64,000 nucleotides of DNA from Calditrichota bacterium. Its GTDB lineage: Bacteria > Calditrichota > Calditrichia > RBG-13-44-9 > J042. Made by a program: the position numbers and the translations under genes. The notes under the pieces were generated by a model, which worked only from the letters and a program-made list of their open reading frames with translations, was not told the DNA's origin and ran no database searches. Location of the stretch: NCBI GenBank assembly GCA_013150955.1, contig JAADJD010000015.1, positions 362 to 64,361 of the forward strand. The letters run 5' to 3'. Positions 18,601-28,809 of the stretch are shown here, in pieces; the first letter of the stretch is position 1, and every line of letters begins with the position of its first letter.

Positions 18601-20946
18601 ATGAGGAAGACGAATCGAAGCGTTATGAAATGGGCATTTGTTTTACTGGCGTGTTTTGTTCTGGTACAAGTCGGCCTTACCCAACCTCAGCAATTCACCA
18701 TTCACAAAATTTATGTGGATGGGAATAAGGAAGCGGACAGCAGCTTAATTGTCATCAACAGCGGATTGGCACCGGGGAAGAAAGTGTCTGCGGATAACAT
18801 TCAGAAGGCCGTCCGAAATTTATGGGCACTTCGGATATTCTCCGATGTGCAAATTTTTGCTGTTGGGCAAACCGAAGACGGCATCGATCTGCTGATACGG
18901 GTGAAGGAATATCCCCGGTTAATCGACTGGACGGTAGAGGGAAATAAAAAGTTAAAGGAAAAGGATATTAAAGAGCAGACCGGGTTCTACCGGGGAATGA
19001 TTTTTACCCCCTTCCACATGTACAATGCCCGCCGGAAATTGCTGCTAAAGTATGAAGAGGAAGGTTATCTGCTGGCCAAAGTGAACATCGACACCTTTTA
19101 TACCAGTCCCAGCCGCGTGGTGGCCAAAATTAAGATCGATGAAGGCAAAAAGGTTCAGGTGAAACGGATTCGGATTTTTGGCAATAAGGAGCTGACGGAA
19201 AAGGAGCTGAAGAAAGCCTTCAAAAAGATCAAAGAAAAGCGCTGGTGGCGGGGGGCTGATTTTAATCGCAAGAAATACGAAGAAGATCTGGAAAATCTGA
19301 TCAAATACTGCCAGAAGAAAGGATTCCGGGATGCCGAGATCGTCCGGGACTCCATTTATTACAGCGAGGACAAGCAAAGTCTGTTCATTGATATTACCAT
19401 CAGTGAGGGGAAGCGGTATTATTTTGGGGATGTAACCTTCGAGGGCAACACCGTTTTCGACGAAGAGGTATTGCGGGAACAGCTGTTGTTCAGCAAAGGG
19501 GATGTTTACAATCAGGAAGATTTCGAAAAGAGCATCCGGGAAAACCTGCAGAACCTGTACTACAATCGCGGTTATCTGTTTGCCACCATTCAACCGCGGG
19601 AGATTCCCACCGGCAAGGACACGGTAAACATTCACATCCGCATTAACGAAGGGCACGTGGTGCGCATCAAGGAGATTAACATCACCGGAAATACCAAAAC
19701 CAACGAGAAGGTAATTCGTCGGGAGCTGAAAATTTTCCCCGGTGATGTGTTCAATCGGGATTTGCTGGAACGTAGCGTGCGGGATGTGTGGATCCTGAAC
19801 TATTTTGCCAATGTGGTTCCGGATGTCAAGCTCATTCCCGACGATGACAAGCATGTGAATCTGGAGTTCAAGGTGGAAGAGAAGTCCACCGACCAGGCCA
19901 ATATGAGCGCCGGTTACAGCCAGCGGGATGGGTTCATCGGGAACCTGGGGCTGGCTTTAAACAATTTTTCGCTGAAACATCCGCTTTCCGGTGGTGATGG
20001 GCAGCGGCTGGCCATTGACTGGTATTTTGGTCGATTTTACCGTTCGTTCTCCTTTAGCTTTACCGAACCCTGGATGTTCAATACGCCCACTCTATTTGGA
20101 TTTTCCATTTTCGACACCCGGTATCGCGGTGCGGCATTTCGTCCCTGGGATCAGCGGGATCGCGGGGCATCCATTCAGGTGGGGCGCCGGTTCCGCTGGC
20201 CGGACAACTTTTTCCGGGGGGACTGGGTGTTTCGGGTAGCCGAAACCCGCGTGTTTAATGTGCGTGACCCGGAATTGCTGGAACGCTACATCTTCTTCAG
20301 CCGCAATACCCGGCAGGTCAGTATTACACAAATCATTCAGCGCGATAGCCGGGATCGTCCGGAGTTTTCCACCCGTGGATCGGTCTATTCCCTGTTAACC
20401 CAGTTGTCCGGGGGCCCATTGCAGGGGGACGAGGATTACCTGAAAACCATTCTTACGGTCAATTGGTTCATTCCGTTGAAATACGGATTTGTATTGTACG
20501 TGCATAATAAGCTGGGAACTATTGGCGGTTTGATCGAAAGAGCGTATATTAGTCCGGGTGAGCTGTTTTACATGGGTGGTTCCGGGCTAAGTCTCTCGGA
20601 AGGTCTTCGGGGGTATGATGATTACTCGGTGGGGCCGGTCACCCGGCAGGGCAATCCTCTGGGTGGAAAGTCCATGGCCAAATTCACCGCCGAGCTGCGT
20701 TTTCAAATCTCCCCCAATCCCACCATTTACGGGCTGTTCTTTATGGAAGGTGGGAATGTGTGGGAATCGTTTGAGCAGACCAATTTGCTGGATCTGCGGC
20801 GATCGGTTGGTTTTGGTGTGCGCTTCTTTATGCCCATGATTGGTATCATTGGAGTGGATTTTGGTTACGGTTTCGATCATTACGATCAATTTGGCATAAG
20901 CCGTTCCGGAAAATGGAAAGTGCACTTCCAGTTCGGACGGTTCTAA
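18601..20946 (+). CDS. bamA: Outer membrane protein assembly factor BamA (Omp85)
   Basis: 781 aa with signal peptide and POTRA-like repeats (I.I.GN....). C-terminal beta-barrel ends ..HFQFGRF. Followed by skp and the lpx genes. Confidence 0.9.
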   Translation: MRKTNRSVMKWAFVLLACFVLVQVGLTQPQQFTIHKIYVDGNKEADSSLIVINSGLAPGKKVSADNIQKAVRNLWALRIFSDVQIFAVGQTEDGIDLLIRVKEYPRLIDWTVEGNKKLKEKDIKEQTGFYRGMIFTPFHMYNARRKLLLKYEEEGYLLAKVNIDTFYTSPSRVVAKIKIDEGKKVQVKRIRIFGNKELTEKELKKAFKKIKEKRWWRGADFNRKKYEEDLENLIKYCQKKGFRDAEIVRDSIYYSEDKQSLFIDITISEGKRYYFGDVTFEGNTVFDEEVLREQLLFSKGDVYNQEDFEKSIRENLQNLYYNRGYLFATIQPREIPTGKDTVNIHIRINEGHVVRIKEINITGNTKTNEKVIRRELKIFPGDVFNRDLLERSVRDVWILNYFANVVPDVKLIPDDDKHVNLEFKVEEKSTDQANMSAGYSQRDGFIGNLGLALNNFSLKHPLSGGDGQRLAIDWYFGRFYRSFSFSFTEPWMFNTPTLFGFSIFDTRYRGAAFRPWDQRDRGASIQVGRRFRWPDNFFRGDWVFRVAETRVFNVRDPELLERYIFFSRNTRQVSITQIIQRDSRDRPEFSTRGSVYSLLTQLSGGPLQGDEDYLKTILTVNWFIPLKYGFVLYVHNKLGTIGGLIERAYISPGELFYMGGSGLSLSEGLRGYDDYSVGPVTRQGNPLGGKSMAKFTAELRFQISPNPTIYGLFFMEGGNVWESFEQTNLLDLRRSVGFGVRFFMPMIGIIGVDFGYGFDHYDQFGISRSGKWKVHFQFGRF

Positions 20947-21022
20947 TAAATCCCTGGATGTGGTCACAGAAAAAAGAAAAAACATGGATTAATCAGGTAA
21001 AAACAAACGTAAGGAGGTAAAC

Positions 21023-21553
21023 GTGAAATTCTCCAAAGTGACAGGATGGCTGGTATTAAGTGTGTTATTGCTGGTGGGATATACGAATAGCTTTGCCCAG
21101 TTAAAAATTCGCTACATTAATTCCCAGCGAATTCTGGCGGATTATCCCGAAGCTCAGGAAATCCAGAAAAAGCTGGATGAGTTGCGTGCCAGTTATGAGA
21201 AAGAATACAATCAGATGCTGCAGGAATACGACCGACTGGCCAAGGAGCTGGAAAGTCAGAGTCTGCTGTTAAGCCCGGAAAAGAAGGCCGAAAAGGAAAA
21301 GCAACTGCAGGAACTGGGGATTAAGATCGAGAAGTACCGCCTGGAGAAGTTGGGCCCCGAAGGGGAATTTTTTCAGCAAAATCAGAAATTGACCCAACCT
21401 TTGTTCGATAAAATTAACCAGGTGATTCAAAAGGTTGCGGAAGAAGAAGGGTACGATTTCATCCTGGATGTGGTACAGGGCGTGGTGCTTTACGCCAAAC
21501 CCGAATACGACGTCACCGATCGAATACTGGAAGAATTAAACAAAACCCGTTAA
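21023..21553 (+). CDS. skp: OmpH/Skp periplasmic chaperone
   Basis: 176 aa with AGGAGG RBS and GTG start. Signal peptide, then a Lys/Glu/Gln-rich coiled region. Canonical position after bamA. Confidence 0.85.
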   Translation: MKFSKVTGWLVLSVLLLVGYTNSFAQLKIRYINSQRILADYPEAQEIQKKLDELRASYEKEYNQMLQEYDRLAKELESQSLLLSPEKKAEKEKQLQELGIKIEKYRLEKLGPEGEFFQQNQKLTQPLFDKINQVIQKVAEEEGYDFILDVVQGVVLYAKPEYDVTDRILEELNKTR

Positions 21554-21563
21554 AATACCAGGT

Positions 21564-21599
21564 GCCCTGGTGCCGATGGAACCAGGGCATTTTTTTTTT
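21564..21599 (+). terminator. Rho-independent terminator after skp
   Basis: Stem GCCCTGGT / ACCAGGGC with a 9-nt loop, followed by a T10 run. Confidence 0.75.
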
Positions 21600-21756
21600 G
21601 AATTACCGCATCAGTGGGTGCCAAATAGCGGTAGTCTGGCCATCCGATTCTTTCACCAATATTAAGACCACACTGGGTGAACCAGCTCATGTCTTTCATT
21701 CAGAAAAATTGTTGTTCAGGCAGGGTAAGTTTTACTGGATTGAAAATGGTGCATTA

Positions 21757-22078
21757 GCCCAGATTTTGCATTAACCAATACTGATACGAAGCCAAACGAA
21801 TAAGAAAGACTAAAAGCCATTTGATGATATCGGGATGAAAATGGGTGTCGGGATTTATTCGCTATTTTTTGGATATTTCCTGGATGAATTCGCTTAATTC
21901 GTGGCTTAATCCCAGATTAAGCAATAGCCTACGAATGACACGAATTAACAACAAATAAAACCAATAAAATCCATTGGATTGTGTCTGGATGAAAATGTGT
22001 TCCATAGTTTATTCGCGTTTTTATCGACATTTTTTGGTTTCATTCGCGTGATTCGCGATTTAATGCAAAATTTGGCTT
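21757..22078 (+). repeat. MITE-like element, locus 5 (two tandem copies; the first is degenerate)
   Basis: Copy a is about 21757-21908 (diverged arms, core CGGGATGAAAATG). Copy b is 21908-22078 (AATCCCAGATTAAGCAATAGCCTACGAATGACACGAATT ... TTTCATTCGCGTGATTCGCGATTTAATGC). Confidence 0.85.
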
Positions 22079-22113
22079 AATTTATAATTTGGGATAAATG
22101 TGAGGGAGACCAG

Positions 22114-23157
22114 ATGGCGGTGTTTACGCTGCAGCAAATTGCCGAACGCATTGGTGGCCAGGTATTTGGCCCGACCGACATGAAAATTACCGGTACCGCA
22201 GAAATCGAAAAAGCCAGTGATGGCGAAATTACCTTCCTGGCCAATCCGCGGTATAAACATCACCTGAAAACCACCCGGGCGTCGGCCATCATTGTGGACG
22301 ATAAAATCGGCGAAGTTCCGGAAATCCCGTACATCAAGGTTGCCGATGCGTACTTTGCCTTTCTGCAAACCGTGGTGCTGTTTCATCCGCCCAGGGAATT
22401 GTTGGCGCCGGGGATACATCCCACCGCGGTGATCCATGAAACCGCGGTTCTGGAAGAGGGCGTGCGGGTGGGCGCCCACGTGTTCATTGGGAAGAACGTT
22501 CGCATCGGACGGAACACCCGCATTTTTCCCAATTGCGTAATACTGGACAACGTGTCCATTGGAGAAGAATGCATCCTGTATCCTTCCGTGAGCGTGCGAG
22601 AAGATTGCCAGATTGGTCATCGGGTGATTCTTCACAATGGGGTGGTGGTGGGTAGCGATGGCTTCGGTTTTGCTCCCCACGAGGGGCGGTATGTAAAAAT
22701 TCCCCAGGTCGGTCGGGTGATCATCGAAGACGATGTGGAGATCGGCGCCAATGCCACCATCGATCGGGCTACCCTGGGGGAAACGGTGATTAAAACCGGG
22801 GCGAAGCTGGACAATCTGGTGCATATTGCCCACAATGTGGTGGTGGGAGAGCACACGGTCATTGCTGCACAGACGGGAATTTCCGGAAGCACTCGCATTG
22901 GTAAACGGGTGATGATGGGGGGCCAGGTGGGCACCGTGGGCCACATTACCATTGGGGATGGGGCGCAGATCGGGGCACAATCCGGTGTGTCCAAGAGCGT
23001 ACCTCCAGGTGAGGTGGTGTTTGGCTATCCCGCCCGACCTATCATGAAGACCAAACGCATCGAAGCCGCCCTGAACCAGTTACCCGATCTGCTAAAGCGC
23101 GTTCGGCAACTGGAGCAAATTATCGAAACGTTGCAAAATTCCCGGAAAGATCAATAA
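22114..23157 (+). CDS. lpxD: UDP-3-O-acylglucosamine N-acyltransferase
   Basis: 347 aa with an LpxD-like N-terminus and long left-handed beta-helix hexapeptide repeats. Synteny skp-lpxD-lpxC/fabZ-lpxA. Confidence 0.9.
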   Translation: MAVFTLQQIAERIGGQVFGPTDMKITGTAEIEKASDGEITFLANPRYKHHLKTTRASAIIVDDKIGEVPEIPYIKVADAYFAFLQTVVLFHPPRELLAPGIHPTAVIHETAVLEEGVRVGAHVFIGKNVRIGRNTRIFPNCVILDNVSIGEECILYPSVSVREDCQIGHRVILHNGVVVGSDGFGFAPHEGRYVKIPQVGRVIIEDDVEIGANATIDRATLGETVIKTGAKLDNLVHIAHNVVVGEHTVIAAQTGISGSTRIGKRVMMGGQVGTVGHITIGDGAQIGAQSGVSKSVPPGEVVFGYPARPIMKTKRIEAALNQLPDLLKRVRQLEQIIETLQNSRKDQ

Positions 23158-23287
23158 CCCACTCTTCCACAGAAAAATCGTTGAACCAAACGCACAGAAA
23201 AAATGGAATGGTTTTCGGATTTTCCAACAAAAAGTGTTAAATTTAGCATTTGTTAGTTGGGGAAAACGCATTAACGAGAGGGGTAGA

Positions 23288-24715
23288 ATGGATAAGAAAC
23301 AACGAACCATTGAGCGGCCCATTTCTTTTACCGGGGTTGGCTTACATACGGGGGAACAATCGACCATCACGTTTTTTCCGGCACCGGAAAATCACGGCAT
23401 TGTATTTAAACGCAAAGATGTGGCAGAGGATGTAGAAATTCCTGCCATAGTGGATTATGTGCTGCGGGACGATTCCATTGACAGTTTGCGGGGAACCAAT
23501 CTCCATAAAGATGGGGTGACCATTTACACCGTGGAGCATGTGCTGGCCGCTGTTGCCGGGCTGGAAATCGATAATTTGCGGGTGGAGCTATCGGCCAGTG
23601 AACCGCCCGTGGGCGACGGAAGCGCCATGCCGTTTGTCAACGTCCTGATGGAAGCGGGAATCCAGGAACAGAACGAGTTGAAGAATTACCTGGTCATCGA
23701 AGAAACGCACCATTATCACGATGAGCAGAAAGGGATTGACATTGTTGCGCTGCCACTGGATGATTTCCGGATTACGGTGATGATTGATTATAAGAATCCG
23801 GCCCTGGGCAGCCAGCATTCCGGTCTGTTTTCGCTGGAAAAGGAATTTATTACCGAATTTGCCCCGGCGCGCACCTTCTGTTTTTTACACGAGGTGGAAA
23901 TGCTGATTCAGCAGGGTCTGATCAAGGGGGGGAATCTGGATAATGCCATCGTGATTTGTGACAAGGAACTATCTGAAATCAATGAGAAACTCATCCGCGA
24001 TTCGTTGAAAATCAACGGAAAAGTTTTTGTGGGAGATAACGGCATACTGAACAATCGCCCTCTGCGCTTCAAGAACGAGCCGGCTCGACACAAATTGTTA
24101 GACCTGTTGGGCGATCTGTTTCTGGTGGGCGCTCCCATCAAGGGGCAGATTCTGGCGGCGCGGCCGGGACATAAGAGCAACATCGAGTTTGCCCGCCGGT
24201 TACGGGAATATTACAAAAAACAGCAGCTGACTCGAAAATACCAGCAGGTGTCCCGAAAGGGTGTGGTGTTCGACTTTAACGCCATTCAACGGATTTTGCC
24301 CCATCGTTACCCGTTTCTTTTTGTGGATCGCATTGTGGAGTTTGAAGCCGGTAAGCGGATTGTGGGAGTGAAAAATGTCACCGGAAACGAAGAATTTTTT
24401 CAGGGGCATTTTCCGGGCCATCCCATCATGCCAGGGGTCATCATCATCGAGGCGATGGCGCAAACCGGCGGTATTATGCTGCTGAACGGGGAAGAGAATC
24501 CCGATGACAAGCTGGTGTATTTTATGGGAATGGACAAGGTGCGTTTCCGCAAGCCAGTTTTCCCTGGTGCGCAGCTGGTGTTTGAACTGGAAATGCTGAA
24601 AAAACGCGCTACGTCCTGTAAAATGTACGGAAAAGCCTTTGTGGATGGAGAGGTTGTGGCCGAGGCCGAACTGATGGCCGCCATCGTGGATCGAGAGAAA
24701 AATAACCGGGCATAA
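23288..24715 (+). CDS. lpxC: Bifunctional UDP-3-O-acyl-GlcNAc deacetylase / 3-hydroxyacyl-ACP dehydratase (LpxC-FabZ fusion)
   Basis: N-terminal LpxC motifs (ISFTGVGLHTGE, HKSNIEF). C-terminal FabZ motifs (ILPHRYPFLFVDRI, FFQGHFPGHPIMPGV). ATG 23288 with RBS preferred over the ORF-track start 23234. Confidence 0.9.
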   Translation: MDKKQRTIERPISFTGVGLHTGEQSTITFFPAPENHGIVFKRKDVAEDVEIPAIVDYVLRDDSIDSLRGTNLHKDGVTIYTVEHVLAAVAGLEIDNLRVELSASEPPVGDGSAMPFVNVLMEAGIQEQNELKNYLVIEETHHYHDEQKGIDIVALPLDDFRITVMIDYKNPALGSQHSGLFSLEKEFITEFAPARTFCFLHEVEMLIQQGLIKGGNLDNAIVICDKELSEINEKLIRDSLKINGKVFVGDNGILNNRPLRFKNEPARHKLLDLLGDLFLVGAPIKGQILAARPGHKSNIEFARRLREYYKKQQLTRKYQQVSRKGVVFDFNAIQRILPHRYPFLFVDRIVEFEAGKRIVGVKNVTGNEEFFQGHFPGHPIMPGVIIIEAMAQTGGIMLLNGEENPDDKLVYFMGMDKVRFRKPVFPGAQLVFELEMLKKRATSCKMYGKAFVDGEVVAEAELMAAIVDREKNNRA

Positions 24716-24753
24716 CGGCAGGTTGCCCGCCAAGAAGTGATCTGGAGGTTCCA

Positions 24754-25533
24754 TTGGTCGAAATTCATCCAACAGCCATTGTGCATCCCGATGCCCAGCT
24801 GGGCGAGAATGTTCGTGTTGGCCCATTTGCCGTCATCGAAGCCGATGTGGTAGTGGGTGATGAATGCGACATCGGCCCTCATGTGTATCTGGACTCCGGT
24901 ACCCGTCTGGGCAAACGGGTGAAAATCTCGAAAGGTGCGGTGCTGGGAACGGCTCCCCAGGATCTAAAATATGGTGGCGAAAAAACCTACCTGGAAGTTG
25001 GGGACGACACCACCATCCGCGAATTCGCAACCCTGAATCGGGGTACCGAATACCATGGCAAAACAGTGGTGGGCACCCACTGCTTTTTAATGGCCTATGT
25101 GCACGTGGCTCACGATTGCATCCTGGGAAACCACGTCATTCTGTCCAACGGAGTGAACATGGCCGGTCATGTGGAGATCGAAGATCATGTGGGCATCGGA
25201 GGTCTAACTGCCATCCATCAATTTGTGCGCATTGGTCGCTACAGTTTTGTGGGCGGTGGACTTCGGGTGACCAAGGATGTTCCCCCGTATGTACTGGCCA
25301 TGGGCGAACCCATTCGCTATGGGGGCACCAACGTGGTGGGACTGAAACGCAAGGGCTTTTCCAGTGAAGTCATGCGCGAAATTAAACGGGCGTACAATAT
25401 CATCTACCGGAGCAATCTGTTGATGAAGGAGGCCATTAAGGCGGTGGAAAGCCAGCTGCAACCGTATCCGGAGATTCAGGTGATCGTGGATTTTATTCGA
25501 AAAAGTGAACGGGGGATCATTCCCCTGAAATAG
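24754..25533 (+). CDS. lpxA: Acyl-ACP--UDP-GlcNAc O-acyltransferase
   Basis: 259 aa. IHPTAIVHPDAQLGENVRVGPFAVIE hexapeptide repeats and an LpxA-like C-terminal helical domain. TTG start per the ORF track. Confidence 0.9.
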   Translation: MVEIHPTAIVHPDAQLGENVRVGPFAVIEADVVVGDECDIGPHVYLDSGTRLGKRVKISKGAVLGTAPQDLKYGGEKTYLEVGDDTTIREFATLNRGTEYHGKTVVGTHCFLMAYVHVAHDCILGNHVILSNGVNMAGHVEIEDHVGIGGLTAIHQFVRIGRYSFVGGGLRVTKDVPPYVLAMGEPIRYGGTNVVGLKRKGFSSEVMREIKRAYNIIYRSNLLMKEAIKAVESQLQPYPEIQVIVDFIRKSERGIIPLK

Positions 25534-25729
25534 GCTACAGGACGGGCTGATTCCCTCATTGCACGATACCGGGCGGATTCACCGGGTGCAGGTTCTTTGA
25601 TCATCCAACTTTGCTCTCCTGAAACACATTCAACCCGATTTTGATATTTCTTTGAGCGGGAAATTTTTATACTTTAAAAGGGTTTAAGGAACATAAATTG
25701 AGTTTGCACAAAACATAAAAGGTTTGATT

Positions 25730-27052
25730 ATGATTTATCTGGTCTCGGTGATTTTTGTATTTAGCTTGCTGGTGTTTATTCACGAGCTGGGCCATTTCCT
25801 GGCTGCCAAGCTGTTTGGCGTGCGCGTGGAACGGTTTTCCATTGGGTATCCCCCACGGCTGTTCGGGATAAAAATTGGCGATACTGATTATTGCATATCG
25901 GCCATCCCTTTTGGCGGTTATGTAAAAATGAGCGGGATGATCGATGAAAGTATGGATTCGGAGATCAAAGGGGAACCCTACGAATTTAATTCCAAACCTG
26001 CCTGGCAGAAGGCCATTATTATTTCCGCCGGGGTGATTATGAATGCGCTCATGGCCCTGGTGATTTTGACAGGCATTTTCTGGCTGGAAGGGGAAAAGGT
26101 CATCCCAACCACCGTTATTGGTCACGTGCAGGAAGGAAGCATTGGCGAGAAGGTCGGATTTCAGAAATTGGATAAGATCCTGGCGGTCAATGATCAGCCC
26201 GTTCAAAACTGGAATGAAGTGTCCCAGGCATTTTTGAACCAGCTGGGTGATGAGATCCGGTTTAAAGTGGAACGCAATGGCCAGGTGGTTGAGCTGGTTT
26301 TTCAGAAGGACGATCTGAAGAAGGAAAAATCGGAGCAGCTGGGCATCTTTCCCTTCATACCGGCGGAAGTGGGCGATGTAATTCCCGGCATGCCCGCAGC
26401 CAGGGCCGGTTTGCAAAAGGGAGATGTCATTGTTGCCATTGACGATCAGCCCATTGCCGATTGGCAGGAAATGACCGAAATCGTGCGGGCGCATGCCAAT
26501 CAGGAAATTCAACTGACGGTGCGCCGCGGCACGGAAACTTTTCAGGTATCCCTCACCCCCATGGCCGAGACGGAAATCGCCGAAGATGGCAGCCGAACGA
26601 TTGTGGGTAAAATTGGGATTCAGGCCATCTCCTTTGTGGAACGGCGTCCCCTGACCTTTATCCAATCCGTCAAGCGGGGTTTTCAGCAATCCTATTTTAC
26701 CGGCACCATGATCATCAAATCCATTGGCTGGCTGCTGACCGGTAAAAAATCCCCTAAGGAGGTTATTGGCGGCCCAATCATGATTTCTAAAATGGCAGGT
26801 GATTTTGCCCGCACGGGGTTTATCAATCTGATGGAACTGGTGGCGTACCTTAGCATTATGCTGGCAATTATCAACATCTTACCGCTGCCGGTGCTGGATG
26901 GTGGGCATCTGGCGATCATTGCGGTGGAAGCCATACGCCGGAAACCGCTCTCCACGGAAACCAAGATGCGGATTCAACAGATTGGAATGGCGCTGATTTT
27001 AATGCTGATCGTTTTCGTGATCTACAATGACATTCAAAAGATATTTTTCTAA
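25730..27052 (+). CDS. rseP: RIP site-2 zinc metalloprotease RseP (M50)
   Basis: HELGHF zinc motif in TM1, PDZ-like central region, C-terminal NLLPLPVLDGG-type motif (NILPLPVLDGGH). Confidence 0.9.
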   Translation: MIYLVSVIFVFSLLVFIHELGHFLAAKLFGVRVERFSIGYPPRLFGIKIGDTDYCISAIPFGGYVKMSGMIDESMDSEIKGEPYEFNSKPAWQKAIIISAGVIMNALMALVILTGIFWLEGEKVIPTTVIGHVQEGSIGEKVGFQKLDKILAVNDQPVQNWNEVSQAFLNQLGDEIRFKVERNGQVVELVFQKDDLKKEKSEQLGIFPFIPAEVGDVIPGMPAARAGLQKGDVIVAIDDQPIADWQEMTEIVRAHANQEIQLTVRRGTETFQVSLTPMAETEIAEDGSRTIVGKIGIQAISFVERRPLTFIQSVKRGFQQSYFTGTMIIKSIGWLLTGKKSPKEVIGGPIMISKMAGDFARTGFINLMELVAYLSIMLAIINILPLPVLDGGHLAIIAVEAIRRKPLSTETKMRIQQIGMALILMLIVFVIYNDIQKIFF

Positions 27053-27095
27053 CCCTGGCGAAAACGGAAATTCCCATTAAAACGAAACGGGCACG

Positions 27096-27923
27096 ATGAC
27101 CCTTGAACAAAAATACGAACGGCTTCAGCAGCTACTGGCCACTTTCCCCGATGTACTGGTGGCCTATTCCGGAGGGGTGGATTCCACCTTTTTATTAAAG
27201 GTAGCGGTGGATGTTCTGGGCGAACGGGCACTGGGGTTTATTGGACGTTCGCCATCTCTACCTACGGCTGAATTCGAAGCGGCACTGGCGGTCGCCCGGC
27301 AATTTCAGCTGCCCGTTGTGGTCATCGAAACCCATGAGCTGGACGATCGGCGCTACAAGGCCAATCCCGATAACCGCTGCTACTTTTGTAAAAAAGAATT
27401 GTTTGGGGAAATGATGACCTATGCCCGGCAGCACGGATTTCGCTGCATTGCCGATGGAACCAATGCGGATGATGTGGGAGATTACCGGCCGGGACGGCAG
27501 GCCGCGGCAGAATTTCAGATCCGCAGCCCACTGCTGGAGGTGGGATTACATAAAACCGAAATCCGTGAATTATCCCGCAGGCTGGGACTGCCCACCTGGA
27601 ATAAACCCGAGATGGCCTGCCTGGCCTCTCGTTTTCCCACCGGTACGGAAATCACCCTGGAGAAACTTCGCCAGGTGGAAGCAGCAGAGGCCGTTTTAAG
27701 GGAACTCGGCTTTCGTCAACTTCGAGTGCGACATCATGGGGATCTGGCCCGCATTGAGCTTGACGCCGATGAAATCCATCGGCTGTTTGATCCCCGGCTC
27801 CGTCAGCAGGTACACCAGCAATTACGGCAACTGGGCTATCGCTACATAACCCTCGATTTGCAGGGCTACCGGCGAGGGAGCGTGGCTCGCGTGGAATGGA
27901 AACAGGCATCGTATGAGGATTGA
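27096..27923 (+). CDS. larE: PP-loop ATP-utilising enzyme, LarE family (sacrificial sulfur transferase type)
   Basis: 275 aa with VAYSGGVDS PP-loop and CYFCKKELF motif. Overall TIGR00268/LarE-like. Confidence 0.75.
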   Translation: MTLEQKYERLQQLLATFPDVLVAYSGGVDSTFLLKVAVDVLGERALGFIGRSPSLPTAEFEAALAVARQFQLPVVVIETHELDDRRYKANPDNRCYFCKKELFGEMMTYARQHGFRCIADGTNADDVGDYRPGRQAAAEFQIRSPLLEVGLHKTEIRELSRRLGLPTWNKPEMACLASRFPTGTEITLEKLRQVEAAEAVLRELGFRQLRVRHHGDLARIELDADEIHRLFDPRLRQQVHQQLRQLGYRYITLDLQGYRRGSVARVEWKQASYED

Positions 27924-28656
27924 ACGCCGTTTAAACGAACGGGAAATCATTTACCGCTTTCCGGCCTCATCACGGGCAATTCTGGCGGCAACCCATCTGG
28001 CTCATTCCCCTGATCTCGGGACTGCCAGGGCAATCCGTCTTCCATTTCCCGAAGATTTGCTTAGCGCCGAGCATGCCCAATGGCTTGAACAGCTCGGACT
28101 ACCCGTCGATCGGATTGCCCTGCTGAAACAGGTACATGGAGATCGGGTGGCCTTTGTCCAAACTCCCGGATACGCTGGTGAAGGCGACGCCCTGTTCACC
28201 GATCAGCCTGGCGTTTACCTGGCGGTTCGCACGGCGGATTGTGCCGCGGTGTTTGTCACGTTGCCCGATGTCCCGGCGGTGGGCATCGCCCATGCGGGAT
28301 GGCGAGGTGCATTCAGAAATGTGGTCATGCATTTAGTCCAGCAAATGCAAACCCGGTGGTCGGTGACTTCCGATCAGTTCTGGGTGGCGGTTTCTCCCCT
28401 GCTGCAGCCCTGCTGTTACCGGGTTGGCCCGGAATTTCTGGATTTTTTCCCGGAGAGCGTTCTTTCCCGGCAGAACAATCACCTGATGTTTCATTTGCCG
28501 GCGGTTTTACGCCATCAGCTCCTTTCGCTGGGGATTCCTGAGCGGCAGATTTACTTTTCGCCGGAATGTACCGCCTGCAGTCGGTTGCCTCTGTATTCCT
28601 ATCGGGCGCAGCGTACGCGGCGGCGGCACCTGAACGTCATTGGACTGCGCGAATGA
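27913..28656 (+). CDS. pgeF: Peptidoglycan editing factor PgeF / YfiH (DUF152, laccase-domain) protein
   Basis: Motifs QVHGDRV, TADCAAVF, HAGWRG, CCY. Overlaps the larE end by 11 nt. Confidence 0.85.
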   Translation: MRIERRLNEREIIYRFPASSRAILAATHLAHSPDLGTARAIRLPFPEDLLSAEHAQWLEQLGLPVDRIALLKQVHGDRVAFVQTPGYAGEGDALFTDQPGVYLAVRTADCAAVFVTLPDVPAVGIAHAGWRGAFRNVVMHLVQQMQTRWSVTSDQFWVAVSPLLQPCCYRVGPEFLDFFPESVLSRQNNHLMFHLPAVLRHQLLSLGIPERQIYFSPECTACSRLPLYSYRAQRTRRRHLNVIGLRE

Positions 28657-28809
28657 CTGGAGCAATAGAAGGGGGAATAATCGTCGTTCAAGACCACTTA
28701 AAAGGGATCGATTGTTTTAACATGCATTTTCTGGGAAAACAGAGAATCGGATGTTGTGGGTGAAACACCGATTGGGAATGGATTGAAATAGTGGAAAAGG
28801 AGGTAGACC

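Noticed and set aside
21562-21774. 70-aa ORF after skp
   Set aside because: It starts inside the skp terminator hairpin and ends inside repeat locus 5. It has no RBS and an implausible composition.
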